Positions 11,509 to 26,957 of a stretch of 64,000 nt of DNA are shown here, one piece after another. Position 1 is the stretch's first letter, and the number at the start of each line of letters is the position of its first letter. Below the pieces are notes generated by a model. The model had not been told where the DNA came from. It ran no database searches and worked only from the letters and a program-made list of their open reading frames with translations. The position numbers and the translations under genes were made by a program. This DNA comes from Selaginella moellendorffii (lineage: Eukaryota; Plantae; Lycopodiophyta), in contig NW_003314350.1 of assembly GCF_000143415.4 (NCBI RefSeq), positions 248,001 through 312,000 on the forward strand, in the 5' to 3' direction.

Positions 11509-14500
11509 AAATAGAACGGGCATAGGACATTCGTTCGGAGAACAAAGCATCATTTGAAAATGCGTAGTTTACGTGAATCTTTTTGTAATTTTTGCAGAAC
11601 AATATGGGATCCAAACAATTTAGAAACACGCTCTGGCTAAAGACAATGATTCTAAGATATTACAGGCTGTAGTTAGAAGTCTAAGTTGACACGCTCACTT
11701 TACACCTAAGAGAAGGAAAAGCTTGTCAAGAGGAAGGAACAAAGGTCAAAAGCTTACCTCCACGAGAAAACCTCACGTTAATCCATGGGGCCTCAGCACG
11801 GCCCATGCCCACCATCAGGTGCGAACTGCCAAACTTTCCTTGGAGTCCAGCGCCGCACTCGCTGGCCAATCAGGATACCCGACTACAACTTGAGCTCTCC
11901 CACTGAGATGGCTTTGAAAGCTCGGCATCCCCCATGCCTGTTCAAGGCAACAGACTCTAAACACACGAACAAAACTCACCTTGGCACGTTGAAGGCAAAA
12001 GACTTTAAACACACGACAAAAACTCACCTTGGAGCAGTAGTACAACCGGCCAACAGGGTGCAACCCATCCGGAATCGTAAGGTCCTTCGATAACAAGGAT
12101 GCTCTCCAGGCTGCAAACTTATCCCGAACCTCCTGCTTGGTGAAGGCCTCTTCCGATATCGGCTCTCTGGGTGAGTCAGGGAACGAATGCAGGGAAGCTT
12201 CAACCAGCTGGTTTCCCTTGACCTGCACATATCCATCGATCTCAGAAATGGCATATCGCCATTCCCTCATGTCCATGGCGTACAGAAAACAAACAGAAAT
12301 TGATTTCAAAACACGAAACTAGAAACTGGTACATACATGAAGATATGTTGGAGGTCTTGCTTGCTTCCCTAAGCTGGCAGTGATCCACGTACATGAAAAC
12401 CTGTACCAGATCTTAGCGCAGATTTCAGATACTAACCAGCTTTACATACCTGTAGCAGATCGCGGTGCTTCACATCAATTCCCAATCTTAGTGTACGCAC
12501 ATCCAGGATCGAGGTGGTGAACGCTAGAATGCCTGAATGCCAATCAAGCTCGGCCTGTTCCTCCTCAGAGGAGGTGACATCGTTAGTAGGTTGATCAATG
12601 CCATCATGTGGAAACTCCAGGTCCAGAAAAACGGCCTCCTCATCCTGTGCCTCCTCATCCTCCTCCAACTCTAAGCCCATTTCTAACTGGAACTCCCCCC
12701 ACTCTGGTTCCTGCTCATCGTGTTTACACTCTGCCTTGTACAGCATGAAAAGGGCAAATGAACACAAGAGCCTAGAGAAAATGCTTGCCGGCCCTTGTCT
12801 TGGAAAACCAATGTGGCGTACACATCTTTAACCTCCAACTACACGCACGGCGCTCTCCCTCCTGGAAACATCTTTCGATTATACCTGGAATGTCGAGAAA
12901 CTTAGACACAAGACAAGGTCGAGAATCCTTACCGATCATAGGGAGGCGTGGCATCTGGTATCTGTTCGATCAGCCCGTACCATTGCTCTTCAGTAATCTT
13001 GCTAGGTGACAGTTGGAATAGTGGTGCTTCTTGCTGTAGCGCTGCGAGTTGTGCTGTGGGAGCAACTCCTTGAGCAGAGCCCTAATGTGTTCCAAAGACG
13101 AACCAAAACCTGCATCCCTGTTTCTTATGAGCTGCCCCCCTCCACCTCTTCTGACTTTGGTGCCTCTCTTTTGGTGATGACGGCATTGCCGTATATGATC
13201 GCGGTCACGGACTTGCCCCGAGGATGGGTGATTCCACCTCGATTTTCGATCTGACATTGCTTGCCACAATCTACATGGAATCAAGGAGTTTGAAACAATG
13301 CTTCAGCAAACTCTTAAGCTTTTGAAGTTTAGACAAAGTCCATCGAGCTCAAAGAACCTAGACATGAAAGGTTCTTGGAAGGATAGTGAGAACTTGGATC
13401 ACTGTCACAATCTTGCAATCCTTTGAGACTGCCCAGATGTTCGTTTGGGCAGCTCACAGTGTGGAATAAGTCCAGCTCGTCAGCCAGAGCAACTACCAAA
13501 CAAGATGGTATTTGAGTGGTCCCAAGGAGACTTGGAACAAGATCTTTCCTAGGAAGTGGTAGACATCCCTAGATTGCAGGAGCTGTGCTGCTACTTTATG
13601 CAAGCTTGTACCCTAGAAAGGTGTAATGAACAAACTTAGTATATCTAATATGTGCAATGCTTCCTTGATATCTTGCTAACACAGTTAGGTTGCTCTTTGC
13701 TTGTGAATGGCAGCTTCACAATGCAAAACAAGCACATGCACATGGCCCAGCCTCACAACACTGCAGATGCTAATGTGGAATCTCACTCACAGGAATGTAG
13801 AATCCCCAAGGGTGGGGTGGGGTGAGGCTCAGCCTAACCATCACTCCCATTGCTTCCCACTTTTATTCTTTAACTCTGAGATTCTCGGGATCTCAAGAAA
13901 TGATCTTGTCCTCATCCTCAAACACCATAAGTAGTTTGCAATGGTGGCAGCCTCCTTGCTTGGGCATAAGTGGCATGAGTTACAAGGAAACATACACTTC
14001 TACAGTTTTCTTATTGGTAACTTTAGCTTTAAAAGGGGACTCTGTTTGAGATCTGTGACTCACAAAATAATCTTTATAGATACAAATTTTCAAACATACA
14101 TCTTGCAATATAATTGAATTAGTACTTGCCCAGCAAATGTTGGATGAATATAAAAATAAATTTTATGAGCGAATGTGATAATCAGGTGTTGACTGTCCAA
14201 GTCTTGAAGAATGTTGTAAGGCTGTGTTTCTAAATTCAGCACGTGTTTCCACTTTTTATGTAACAGCTTAGCCAGAGTAGTTATTTTGGGATCAGGGATT
14301 GGTTTATCTTGGTTAATTGTAGTTGAAGGATCTAATCTTGGCTGCTTGCTCTCTCTTTTCTCCTTGCGGTTCTTTATACTGATGCTACTGTGCCCGTGTC
14401 ATAACTCTAGATTCTAGTGCAGCTTGTTGGATGAAAATTGCATTGCTTTCTACTTGGCTTAAGCTTGTGCAAGCAATTGTCCTGCTTGTGGAAGCCTTAT

Positions 14501-15191
14501 GTCTGACAGATGCCACATATAGGCTGGTATTTAATCTGTTTCCTTGGATGCTGGCTCATAGCTCATTGTCTAAACTGGAGGAGAAAAAATGGGTGTTGAA
14601 AGAAAACTGGTGCTCAAGCCGAAGATGGTGGTGATGATGGCAAGGTTTTGATGTAACTTGCATGGATTGCCAGATTTCCTGGCTTGCAAAAATAATCTTC
14701 CTAGTGATGATTAATTTGCCGACAATACTAGCACTTGTCTCAATTCATCACTGGTTGTGGACACTTATTTGGGTAGTGTCTGTAATTGTTGCATCACATA
14801 CACTAGATGTTTTTTCGCTACTGTATGGCCTACTTTGTGCCCCTCGAACCCAATTCAATTGCAAGTCACTATAGTTGTTGCTAGATTTAGACCTACACTC
14901 ATTAAAGCTTGCCATTGTTGTTGTTGCTGGCAGCTATAGTCCATCATCCCAAGGCCTATTCCAAATATTGTTCCAAATACTAACAATGAGACAAGGAAAG
15001 AGAACACATAGAGAGAAAGGAAGGAGTTGTACTAGCTGGTCTTTGCTAACCATTTGCTACCTTATGGCTGGAATATCTCTATGTGCCATTATTAGTTCCT
15101 ATTGACCAACTCCAAAGCTTTCTACTAGCTACACATACATATTTTATATTATAACACAATACATTTGCATTTTTATTTATTTTTGTTTTTT

Positions 15192-15509
15192 TTGGTTTGC
15201 TTAAGCAAATTTGTAGAGGAACTGGGATGGTAGTGAATATACCTAGAATATGCTTGAATATTCTACCATCTAGCAGTTATTATTCATTTAGATTAATCTT
15301 GTATTTATTATTTATAAACATGTTTATAATTTATAAACTTGCTTAAACACTTTCTAGTATATTCTTTTTTATTCTACCATCTAATAGTTGATATGAAATA
15401 AGATTAATCTTGTGTTTATAAATTATAAACTTTTATTTGATCAATTAAATTAATAGGTAACACTACTATTAAGAAAACCAAGCATTGATACATGAAACGC
15501 ATAGAAAGG
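15192..15509 (+). mobile_element. Helentron/HINE-like element, unit 2 copy
   Basis: Same termini as 6933-7227. Confidence 0.65.
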
Positions 15510-18500
15510 TTTTTTTTCTAATAACTGATTTTCATGTATTTACCTCGATTTGAAGGCCATAACTTTAGAGATCCCATTTACAGTGGCTGACAAAAGAAAG
15601 ATGCCTTCTGGATAAGGATTGTCTTTATAGAGTTTGATGGCCATAGATAAATCAGTTGAAGTAAACATTTGAAGAAAGGTGATGGCCATCAAGCCATATA
15701 CACGGTCAATGAGAGCATCATCCATTGTTACGTGCTGTGCTGTTGCTATAAGTGGATATTAACCGGGCATATACACATATAACTATGAAAAAGGATGGTC
15801 ATTGTTGCACTTGATGCAGTGTCCAATCTGCAAGTTAATCCTAGATAGCCAAAATTTGTGGCAAACACACCAGCCAAAGGACATAGAGATAGGCAAAAGG
15901 AATTAAGCATCCCTTTATCTTAAATGAATAAATATAAGCCATTGAACAAATAAATATGACATACATGCCCCATCAAAGTCTCTTCGATACATAGAAGTTA
16001 TGGATTTCAAGTGGTCATGAATTGCATTCCATGGTGCTAGTCCAGGCACATTGTAAACTATAGTTGGAGGTCCAATCTTGGAAACATTATGATCACTTGT
16101 TCCTTCAATGTTGTGAAATATTTTGAGTGGCATTTGACATCCAAACCATTCTGATTTGACTTTATGATACACGAAAGACATACATGCTGCAACTTGAACC
16201 AAAGTATGGTAGTTATTATTAACAGCTGTATTGAAAGCTCAAGCATACCTTGTAAATATACTCAAAGTCGTAAGCATGTTTGTGCTCTGCTCATTTAGGT
16301 CAACTGAGGAAGTATGCTGCAGCAGTGCAAAATGCTGATCATGTGGCTTCTAGCATGAAATCATGCAAAAGAACCAAGTTGGATATAGGAATTATATCAA
16401 GCATAGGTGGCCTCAGTGGTGGGAACTCACAGACCAGGGAGGAAACAATAATATCAATAAAGGAATAGACCACCAAACATATCAGCAACATGTTGAGAAA
16501 GAAAATCTGTAGTAATATGAACAATATCATTGAAGTCGACATTGGGGAAGGTGGTAGAGCTAGTTCTCCACAAGCTGTTGCAGAAGCCATCATAAGTTCC
16601 ATAGCGAGATAGGGTGTATAGTAGCAATGGCTGAGCTCCAGATAGCAGTTGCAAGTCAGCAATTTGATCCACTAAGGAGTGGCCACTGGCTTTGAAAATG
16701 CTACTTGTAATAGAACACCACAGATTATCTTGTGATATGTCACTAATGTGACCCTTTGCTGTGTCAAAAAATAGTAAGAAAATATCACCCAAAAAATGTT
16801 TTTTTGCATAATGGTAGCATTGAATCAAAAGTAATCCACATGTAGTTTCGTTGTTAAAAGAATGTTGTAAGAAACCATGTTAAGAGAAAATCATGTACCC
16901 ATTAAAATAGATGCCATCACAGTGATAGGTGTTGCATGGTTGGCATGAACTGGAACAATGTTAGTATTAGCCAACCCTCCTGCAAGAGTGTTAGATCATG
17001 CTATATCAGTTAAAAAGAGACAAACAAAACTTAATAAACATACCACTAATGTCAAGTATGCTATTAGAAGTTTTGCCAACTAAAATGCAAATTAAAATAT
17101 CATTTGAAAGCAAAAGTGCAACATACCACTATTGTCAGGAGCACCACTTGAATTTATGTTAGATTTGATTAATCAAAAAAGCAAAAAATGTCGGTAATGC
17201 ATACTAGGAATGTTGTGGTGCTTGGTGACAATAGGTTTTGTTACAACACAGTTCACAGCTGCGTCATTATTATTCCAAAGCTCAGTGGTTGCTATAGCAT
17301 TCTTACAATGTTAAAGGAAAGTTTTGGTTATAATGGAAATTATACCTGTGTGTAAGTTCAAGAACTTGCTACATATGTCGTCAAGAGTTTGATCTCATGA
17401 ATGAGACTTGCTATTGTGAACCTCATGAACCTGTGATGTGCTAAAAATGTAGTCAATTACATCGTCACTTGAAAACAACACTATACTTTCCATTCTTGGT
17501 GACAGACAAAAACAAAGAAGAACATTTGGAATGTTGAAAGCCTAAGAAACATATGGTAAATGAGCCCAATGCATGTACTAATATTGACACGTTGCATGGA
17601 GGCAACCACTGCTGTTGCAGAAGAATGATCCAAAGAATCCAAAGAGTAGCAGCCTGATGCATCTCCTTAGTGCACTCACCGAGATTCTCACCAAATTGGA
17701 GAAGCTGAACAAGCTGCTACTTACCATTGAATCAAAGGGCAATTGCTACACCAAACATATATATTAAAAAAGAGATGTTGGAGCTGTCAACGTGGAAAGC
17801 AAGGGAGCAAACTGTAAGGCGTTTTCTATTATGACTTTCCGATTTATGATAAAATATGGCAATTCCAATTTATTAGAAAGAGTGTCAACCGTTTGTTCCT
17901 AGCTTAGGAAACCCCTAACCATGCGCTTGCCATGTTTGGGGACAACATTACTGTTGCAATTACTCTTAACCAAGCTTGTGCTGTTAAGCTTCAAGAGACC
18001 CTCGTGGTAGTACAGTTACCCAGGTCAACAGCCTCCTTGATGGGCGGCCAGGCCTGAATCGAGCTTCACCCTTGAGCAGCCCACTCCATGGATCTAGCTG
18101 CCAGTGATGTCATCCATCCAGCATGGCCGTTCCAAGAGCTTTATACCAAATGCATAGAAGTTGATCTATAATAACCATGACTTTAAATTGAAAAATAAAT
18201 AATATAAAAGAAAATAAACTTGACCATATACCTTTTAGAAAATTCTAGATTATTCATTACAATAAAAACACATAATTTATTTAAATCTCTTATAAATATG
18301 AATAAACCGAGAAACGATATTGTATTATTGAAATTATGCTAGATTAAACTGTATACTAGTTTAAGAGAAACAACCAAAAAACTTTGGTAAATAACGAATA
18401 TACTAATTTAAATATAGTTTATCTCTGGTTTCTACTGCATTTTTGTGAAATCTGTAATTAAGGAACCAGAATCCTGTTCTAAACGTGAAACGTTCAAGTT

Positions 18501-18769
18501 GGTAGGACCGATAAATTGCATGGACCAGATAACTGTATGGAAAACGTGCACCGTATAAAACGACAAGATTTCTCTCCAAGTATGTGGCTATGTGTGTAAC
18601 GTACAGAATACGGATCACACGGAAATAAAAAACGTGAAATGTGATCTCTAATAGCTCTGATAGTATAAAAGACCCTTCTCCAGCCTCTGTTTCCTCAACC
18701 CACAGAGGAGTAGAAAACATTCTCCAATCAAGTTGATCAGATCGATCAAACAGTTTTCACCATTTCGAA

Positions 18770-19813
18770 ATGGCTGCAATCGTGTTGATGATTGCGTTTC
18801 TCGTGATGGCTGCAGCATGGAAGATGGTGTGTATCCGCAAGAGAGAAGAGAGGGCACGATTTCTAGCGTCGCTCCACCCCGTGAGAGACGCATACAAGAT
18901 CTTGTGGTACATGTACTCGGTGGAATTCCCCTTCCTCTCGCAAAAGGCGCTCGAGTTTGGCACAATCCGCACGCTCGGCATCCCGGGGATCACAAATCTG
19001 CTCTTCAAGACCAAGTACGGCCTCAAGGATCCGCAGAAGCGCGCCGCCGAGACCAACATTCTGGTGAGCGAGATGATCCACCACCACGTCGACAGCGATC
19101 GCGGCTCATACGCGGTGAGGAGATTGAATGGAATCCACAACAAATTCAAGATCCCAAACGACCAATTCGCCTACGTCCTCTGCCTCAACGTGGTCAGCCC
19201 CATTGATTTCTCCGAGAGATTTGGATTCCGCAAGTGGACCGACAGCGAGAAGGAGGCCGCGTATGTTGTGTGGCACGACGTGGGCGTGAGGATGGGCATC
19301 ACAACCATCCCAGATGGCATTCCAGAGATGCGGGAGTACATTCGCGATTACGAGGCCAAGAACGCCATCTTCACGGACAAGAACAAGAGCATCGTCCAGG
19401 ATCTCAAGCATCTGGTGCTGGATGCATTTCCTCGCCCCGTGCAGCCGCTGGTCGAGACTGGGATCTGTGCACTCATCGATCCCACAATCAGGAGCGCTGT
19501 TGGATTGGAAAAGCCTCCAGCAATTGTGGAGTGGATCATCTTGGGTGCGTTCAAGCTGCTGGCCGGGAGCTTCGTGTCCGCGTTCTTGCCTCCCAGACGT
19601 GTGGAGGATGCAAAGCGCAGCATTGAGGTGGACTGGTGTCCTAATCCCGCTGCCAATCCGGAAGAGTACCGGCAGCTCAACGTGAATGTGTATCGGCCAC
19701 CGGCATTTGAGAAGGGATACAAGCTGGCGGAGCTGGGAGCGCTGAAATCAGGCAAGCTTGGACCATACTACGATGGAGGCTTGCGCTGCCCCTTCCGGCA
19801 AATGCACGCATAG
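18770..19813 (+). CDS. MpaB'/Lcp-like DUF2236 oxygenase, copy 3
   Basis: Same ORF as copy 1 except H42Y, N159S, S183G and G283R. Confidence 0.88.
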   Translation: MAAIVLMIAFLVMAAAWKMVCIRKREERARFLASLHPVRDAYKILWYMYSVEFPFLSQKALEFGTIRTLGIPGITNLLFKTKYGLKDPQKRAAETNILVSEMIHHHVDSDRGSYAVRRLNGIHNKFKIPNDQFAYVLCLNVVSPIDFSERFGFRKWTDSEKEAAYVVWHDVGVRMGITTIPDGIPEMREYIRDYEAKNAIFTDKNKSIVQDLKHLVLDAFPRPVQPLVETGICALIDPTIRSAVGLEKPPAIVEWIILGAFKLLAGSFVSAFLPPRRVEDAKRSIEVDWCPNPAANPEEYRQLNVNVYRPPAFEKGYKLAELGALKSGKLGPYYDGGLRCPFRQMHA

Positions 19814-22319
19814 AAATAGAACGGGCATAGGACATTCGTTCGGAGAACAAAGCATCATTTGAAAATGCGTTGTTTACGTGAATCTTTTTGTAATTTTTGC
19901 AGAACAATATGGGATCCAAACAATTTAGAAACACGCTTTGGCTAAAGACAATGATTCTAAGATATTACAGGTTGTAGTTAGAAGTCTAAGTTGACACGCT
20001 CACTTTACACCTAAGAGAAGGAAAAGCTTGTCAAGCGAAAGGAACAAAGGTCAAAAGCTTACCTCCACGAGAAAACCTCACGTTAATCCATGGGGCCTCA
20101 GCACGGCGCATGCCCACCATCAGGTGCGAACTGCCAAACTTTCCTTGGAGTCCAGCGCCGCACTCGCTGGCCAATCAGGATACCCGAGTACAACTTGAGC
20201 TCTCCCACTGAGATGGCTGCAAAGCCGCTTTCAAAGCTCGGCATCCCCTGTTCAAGGCAACAGACTCTAAACACACGAACAAAACTCACCTTGGCACCAT
20301 GCCTGTTCAAGGCAAAAGACTTTAAACACACAACAAAAACTCACCTTGGAGCAGTAGTACAACCGGCCAACAAGGTGCAACCCATCCGGAATCGTAAGGT
20401 CCTTCGATAACAAGGATGCTCTCCAGGCTGCAAACTTATCCCGAACCTCCTGCTTGGTGAAGGCCTCTTCCGATATCCGCTCTCTGGGTGAGTCAGGGAG
20501 CGAATGCAGAGAAGCTTCAACCAGCTGGTTTCCTTTGACCTGCACATATCCATCGATCTCAGAAATGGCATATCGCCATTCCCTCATGTCCATGGCATAC
20601 AGAAAACAAACAGAAATTGATTTCAAAACACGAAACTAGAAACTGGTACATACATGAAGATATGTTGGAGGTCTTGCTTGCTTCCCTAAGCTGGCAGTGA
20701 TCCACGTACATGAAAACCTGTACCAGATCTTAACGCAGATTTCAGATACTAACCAGCTTTACATAGCAGGTCGCGGTGCTTCACATCAGTTCCCAATTTT
20801 AGTGTACGCACATCCAGGATCGGAATGCCAATCAAGCCCTCCTCAGAGGAGGTGACATCGTTAGTAGGTTGATCAATGCCATCATGTGGAAACTCCAGGT
20901 CCAGAAAAACGGCCTCCTCATCCTGTGCCTCCTCATCCTCCTCCAACTCTAAGCCCATTTCTAACTGGAACTGCCGCCACTCTGGTTCTTGCTCATCGTG
21001 CTTACACTCTGCCTTGTACAGCATGAAAAGGGCAAATGAACACAAGAGCCTAGAGAAAATGCTTGCTGGCCCTTGTCTTGGAAAACCAATGTGGTATACA
21101 CATCTTTAACCTCCAACTACACGCACGGCGCTCTCCCTTCCTGGAAACATCTTTCGATTATACCTGGAATGTCGACACAAGACGAGGTCAAGAATCCTTA
21201 CCGATCATAGGGAGGCGTGGCATCTGGGATCTGTTCGATCAGCCCGTACCTCTTCTTAAATTGCTCTTCAGTGATCTTGCTAGGTGACACTTGGAATAGT
21301 GGTGCTTCTTGCTGTAGCGCTGCGAGTTGTGCTGTGGGAGCAAGTCCTTGAGCAGAGCCCTAAGGTGTTCCAAAGACGAACCAAAACCTGCATCCCTCTG
21401 TTTCTTATGAGCTGCCCCCCTCCACCTCTTCTGACTTTGGTGCCTCTCTTTTGGTGATGACGGCATTGCCGTATATGATCGAGGTCACGGACTTGCTCCG
21501 AGGATGGGTGATTCCACCTCGATTTTCGATCTGACATTGCTTGCCTGGAATCAAGGAGTTTGAAACAATGCTTTAGCAAACTCTTAAGCTTTTGAAGTTT
21601 AGACAAAGTCCATTGAGCTCATAGACATGAAAGGTTCTGGGAAGGATAGTGAGAACTTGGATCACTGTCACAATCCTTCAATCCTTTGAGACAGTGTGGA
21701 ATAAGTCAAATATTTGTCACCCAGCCCGTCACCCAGAGCAACTACCAAACAACAAAGAGTTTTGGAATAAGATCTTTCCTAGGAAGTGGTGGACATCCCT
21801 AGATTGCAAGAGTTGTGTTGCTGCTTTATGCAAGTTTGTACTACCCTAGAAGGGTGTAATGAATAAAATTAGTATATCTAACATGTGCAATGCTTCCCTG
21901 ATCTCTTGTTAATACAACCCGGTTGCTCTTTGCTTGCTAATGGCAGCCTCACAATGCAAAACAAGCACATGCACATGACCCAGCCTCACAACACACTGCA
22001 GATGCTGATGTGGAATTGCTTCCCACTTTTATTCTGTAGCTTTGAGATTCTTGGGATCTCAAGAAATGATCTTATCCTCATCCTCAAACACCATAAGTAA
22101 TTTGCAATGGTGGCAGCTTCCTTGCTTGGGCAAAAGTGGCATGAGTTACAAGGAAACATACACTTCTACAGTTTTCTTATTGGTAACCTTAGCTTTAAAA
22201 GGGGACTCTGTTTGAGATCTATGACTCACAAAATAATCTTTATTTTCAAACATACATCTTGCAATATAATTGAATTAGTACTTGCCCAGCAAATGCTGGA
22301 TGAATATAAAAATAAATTT

Positions 22320-23230
22320 TATACACCTAAGTGAGAGCTGAGCAAATGTGATATTCAGGCGTTGGCTGTCCAAGTCTTGAAAAATGTTGTAGGGCTGTGT
22401 TTCTAGATTCAGCACATGTTTCCACTTTTTGTGTAAAAGCTTAGCCAAGGTAGTTATTTTGGCATTAGAGACTTGTTTATCTTGGTTAATTGTAGTGGGA
22501 GGATCTAATCTTGGCTGCTCACTCTCTCTTTTCTCCTTGCGGTTTTTTCTTGCAATTTTCTTTAGGTCTTCCTCCTCCTCAACATCATCAAGTACAGAGT
22601 TCTTCCTCCTCCTCAACATCATGAAATACAGAGTTCTCCATATGCTAATGCTGTTGTGCCCATGTCATAACTCTAGATTTTGGTGCAGCTTGTTGGATGA
22701 AAATTGCATTGCTTTCTGCTTGGCTTAAGCTTGTGCAGGCAATTGTCCTGCTTATGCAAGCCTTGTGTCTGATAGATTCCACATATAAGCTGGTACCTAA
22801 TCTGTTTCCTCGGATGCTGGCTTGTAGCTCATTGTCTGAACTGGAGGAGAAAATGGGTGTTGAAAGAAAATTGGTGCTCAAGCCGAAGATGGCGGTGATG
22901 ACAGCAAGGTCTTGATGTAACTTGTAGAAGATCTCCTGGCTTGTAAAAATAATCTTCCCAGTGATGATTAGTTTGCCGACAATACTGGCACTTGTCTCAA
23001 TTCATCACTGGTTGTGGACACTCATTTGGGTAGTGTGTGTAATTGTTGCATCACACACACTAGATGTCTTTTTGCTACTGCACGGCCTACTTTGTGCCCC
23101 TCGGACCCAATTCAATTGCAAGTCACTATAGTTGTTGCTGGATTTGGACCTACACTCATTAAAGCTTGCCATTGTTGTTGTTACTGGCAGCTATAGTCCA
23201 TCATCCCAAGGCATATTCCAAATATTGTTC
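22320..23230 (-). mobile_element. Decayed LTR-retrotransposon gag remnant (unit 3, least deleted copy)
   Basis: C-V-*-C-NNYT-H-YPNE-C knuckle at ~23018-23059, followed by PYNIFQDLDSQRLNITFAQL, which resembles the pre-protease region of Gypsy gag. Confidence 0.68.
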
Positions 23231-23440
23231 CAAATACTAACAATGAGACAAGGAGAGAGAACACATAGAGAGAAAGGAAGGAGTTGTACTAGCTGGTTTT
23301 TGCTAAACATTTGCTACCTTATGGCTGGAATATCTCTATGTGCCATTGTTAGTTACTGTTGACCAACTCCAAAGCTTTCTACTAGCTACACACACATTTT
23401 ATATTATAACACAACACAGTTGCATTTTTTTGTCTTTTTC

Positions 23441-23740
23441 TGGTTTGCTTAAGCAAATTTGCAGAGAACCTGGGATGGTAGTGAATATACCCAGAATATT
23501 CTTGGATATTCTAATAGTCTTAGATTAATCTTGTATTTATTATTTATAAACATGTTTATAATTTATAAACTTGCTTAAACACTTTCTAGTATATTCTTTT
23601 TTATTCTACCATCTAATAGTTGATATGAAATAAGATTAATCTTGTGTTTATAAATTATAAACTTTTATTTGATCAATTGAATTAATAGGTAACACTACTA
23701 TTAAGAAAACCAAGCATTGCTACATGAAACGCATAGAAAG
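23441..23740 (+). mobile_element. Helentron/HINE-like element, unit 3 copy
   Basis: Same termini as 6933-7227. Confidence 0.65.
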
Positions 23741-26700
23741 TTTTTTTTTCTAATAACTGATATTGATGTATTTACCTCGGTTTGAAGGCCATAACTTTAG
23801 AGATCCCATTTACAGTGGCTGACAAAAGAAAGCGGCCTTCTGGATAAGGATTGTCTTTACAGAGTTCGATGGCCATAGATAAATCAGTTGAAGTAAACAT
23901 TTGAAGAAAGGTGATAGCCATCAAGCCATATACACGGTCAATGAGAGCATCATCCATTGTTACGTGCTGTGTTGAGTTGCTATAAGTAGATATCAACTGG
24001 CCATGTACACATATAACCATGAAAAAAGGATGGTCATTGTTTCACTAGATGCAGTGTCCAATCTGCAAGTTAATCCTAGATAGCTAAAATTTGTGGCAAA
24101 CACACCAGCCCAAGGACACAGAGATGTCTCGAGAGGCAAAAGGAATTAAGCATCCCTTTATCTTAAATGAATAAATATAAGCCATTGAACAAATAAATAT
24201 GACATACATACCCCATCAAAGTCTCTTCGATACATAGAATTTATGGATTTCAAGTGGTCATGAATTGCATTCCATGGTGCTAGTCCAGGCACATTGTAAA
24301 CTATAGTTGGAGGTCCAATCTTGGAAGTATTATGATCACTTGTTCCTTCGATGTTGTGAAATATTTTGAGTGGCATTTGACGTCCAAACCATTCTGATTT
24401 GACTTTATGATACACGAAAGACATACATGCTGCAACTTGAACTGGAGTATGGTAGTTATTATTAACAGCTGTATTGAAAGCTCAAGCATACCTTGTAAAT
24501 ATACTCAAAGTCGTAAGCATGTTTGTGCTCTGCTCATTTAGGTCAACTGAGGAAGTATGCTGCAGCAGTGCAAAATGCTGATCATGTGGCTTCTAGCATG
24601 AAATCATGCAAAAGAACCAAGTTGGATATAGGAATTATATCAAGCATAGGTGGCCTCAGTGGTGGGAACTCACAGACCAGGGAGGAAACAATAATATCAA
24701 TAAAGGAATAGACCACCAAACATATCAGCAACATGTTGAGAAAGAAAATCTGTAGTAATATGAACAATATCATTGAAGTCGACATTGGGGAAGGTGGTAG
24801 AGCTAGTTCTCCGCAAGCTGTTGCAGAAGCCATCATAAGTTCCATAGCGAGATAGGGTGTATAGTAGCAATGGCTGAGCTCCAGATAGCAGTTGCAAGTC
24901 AGCAATTTGATCCACTAAGGAGTGGCCACTGGCTTTGAAAATGCTACTTGTAATAGAACACCACAGATTATCTTGTGATATATCACTAATGTGACGCTTT
25001 GCTGTGTCAAAAAGTAGTAAGAAAATATCACCCAAAAAATGTTTTGTTACATAGTGGTAGCATTGAATCAAAAGTTGAAGTGAAGTAATCCACATGTAAT
25101 TTCGTAAGAATGTTGTAAGAAACCATGTTAAGAGAAAACCATGTACCTGTTGAAATAGATGCCATCACAGTGGTAGGTGTTGCATGGTTGGCATGAAATA
25201 AACATACCACTAATGTCAAGTATGCTATTAGAACTTTTGCCAACTAAAATGCAAATTAAAATATCATTTGAAAGCAAAAGTGTAGCATACCACTATTGTT
25301 AGGAGCACCACTTGACTTTACGTTAAATTTGATTAATCAAAATAGCAAAAAATGTCGGTAATGCATACTAGGAATGTTGTGGTGCTTGGTGATAGTAGGT
25401 TTTTTTGCAAGACAGTTCACAGCTGCGTCATTATTATTCCCAAGCTCAGTGGTTGCTATAGCATTCTTACAATGTTAAAAGAAAGTTTTGATTATAATGG
25501 AAACTATACCTGGGTGTAAGTTCAAGAACTTGTTACATACGTCGTCAAGAGTTTGATCTGATGAATGAGACTTGCTATTGTGAACCTCCTGAACTTGTGA
25601 TGTGCTAGAAATGTAGTCAACTGCATCATCACTTGAAGACGACAGACTAAAACAAAGAAGAACTTTTGGAATGTTGAAAGCCTAAGAAATATATGGTAAA
25701 TGGGCCCAATGCATGTACTAATATTGACACATTGCATGGAGGCAGCTGCTACTGTTGCAGAAGAATGATCCGAACAATCCAAAGAGTAGCAGCAGCAACA
25801 CTGCAGCCTGATGCATCTCCTTAGTGCACTCACCCAGATTCTCACCAAATTGGAGAAGCTGAACAAGCTGCTGCTTACCGTTGAATCAAAGGGCAATTGC
25901 TACACCACACATATATATTAAAAAAGAGATGTTGGAGCTGTCAACGTGGAAAGCAAGGAAGCAAACTGTAAGGCTTTTTCTATTATGACTTTCCGATTTA
26001 TGATAAGATATGGCAATTCCAATTTATTAGAAAGAGTGTGAACCGTTTGTTCCTAGCTTAGTAAACCCCTAACCATGCGCTTGCCATGTTTGGGGACAAC
26101 ATCAATTACTCTTAACCAAGCTTGTGCTGTTAGGCTTCAAGAGACCCTCGTGGTAGTAAGAAGCTGCTAAATCACATCAAGTCACAGTTACCCAATGTCC
26201 AGGTCAACAGTCTCCTTGATGGGCGGCCAGGCCTGAATCGAGCTTCACCCTCGAGCAGCCCACTCCATGGATCTAGCTGCCAGTGATGTCATCCATCCGG
26301 CATGGCCGCTCCAAGAGCTTTACACCAAATGCATAGAAGTTGATCTATAATAACCATGACTTTAAATTGAAAAATAAATAATATAAAAGAAAATGAAGTT
26401 GACCATATACCTTTTAGAAAATTCTACATTATTCATTACAATAAAAATACATTATTTATTTAAATCTCTTATAAATATGAATAAGCAGAGAAACCATACT
26501 GTATTATATGGTATTTCTTGAAATTATGCTAGATTAAACTGTATACTAGTTTAAGAGAAACAACCAAAAAAACTTTGGTACATAACGAATATACTAATTT
26601 AAATATAGTTTATGGTTTCTACTGCGTCTTTTGTGAAATCTGTAATAAAGGAACCAGAATCCAGTTCTAAACGTGAAACGTTCAAGTTGGTAGGACCGAT

Positions 26701-26957
26701 AAATTGCATGGACCAGATAACTGTATGGAAAACGTGCAGCGTATAGAACAACAAGATTTCTCTCCAAGTATGTGGCTATGTGTGTAACGTACAGAATACA
26801 GATCACACGGAAATAAAAAACGTGAAATGTGATCTCTAATAGCTCTGATAGTATAAAAGACCCTTCTCCAGCCTCTGTTTCCTCAACCCACAGAGGAGTA
26901 GAAAACATTCTCCAATCAAGTTGATCAGATCGATCAAACAGTTTTCACCATTTCGAA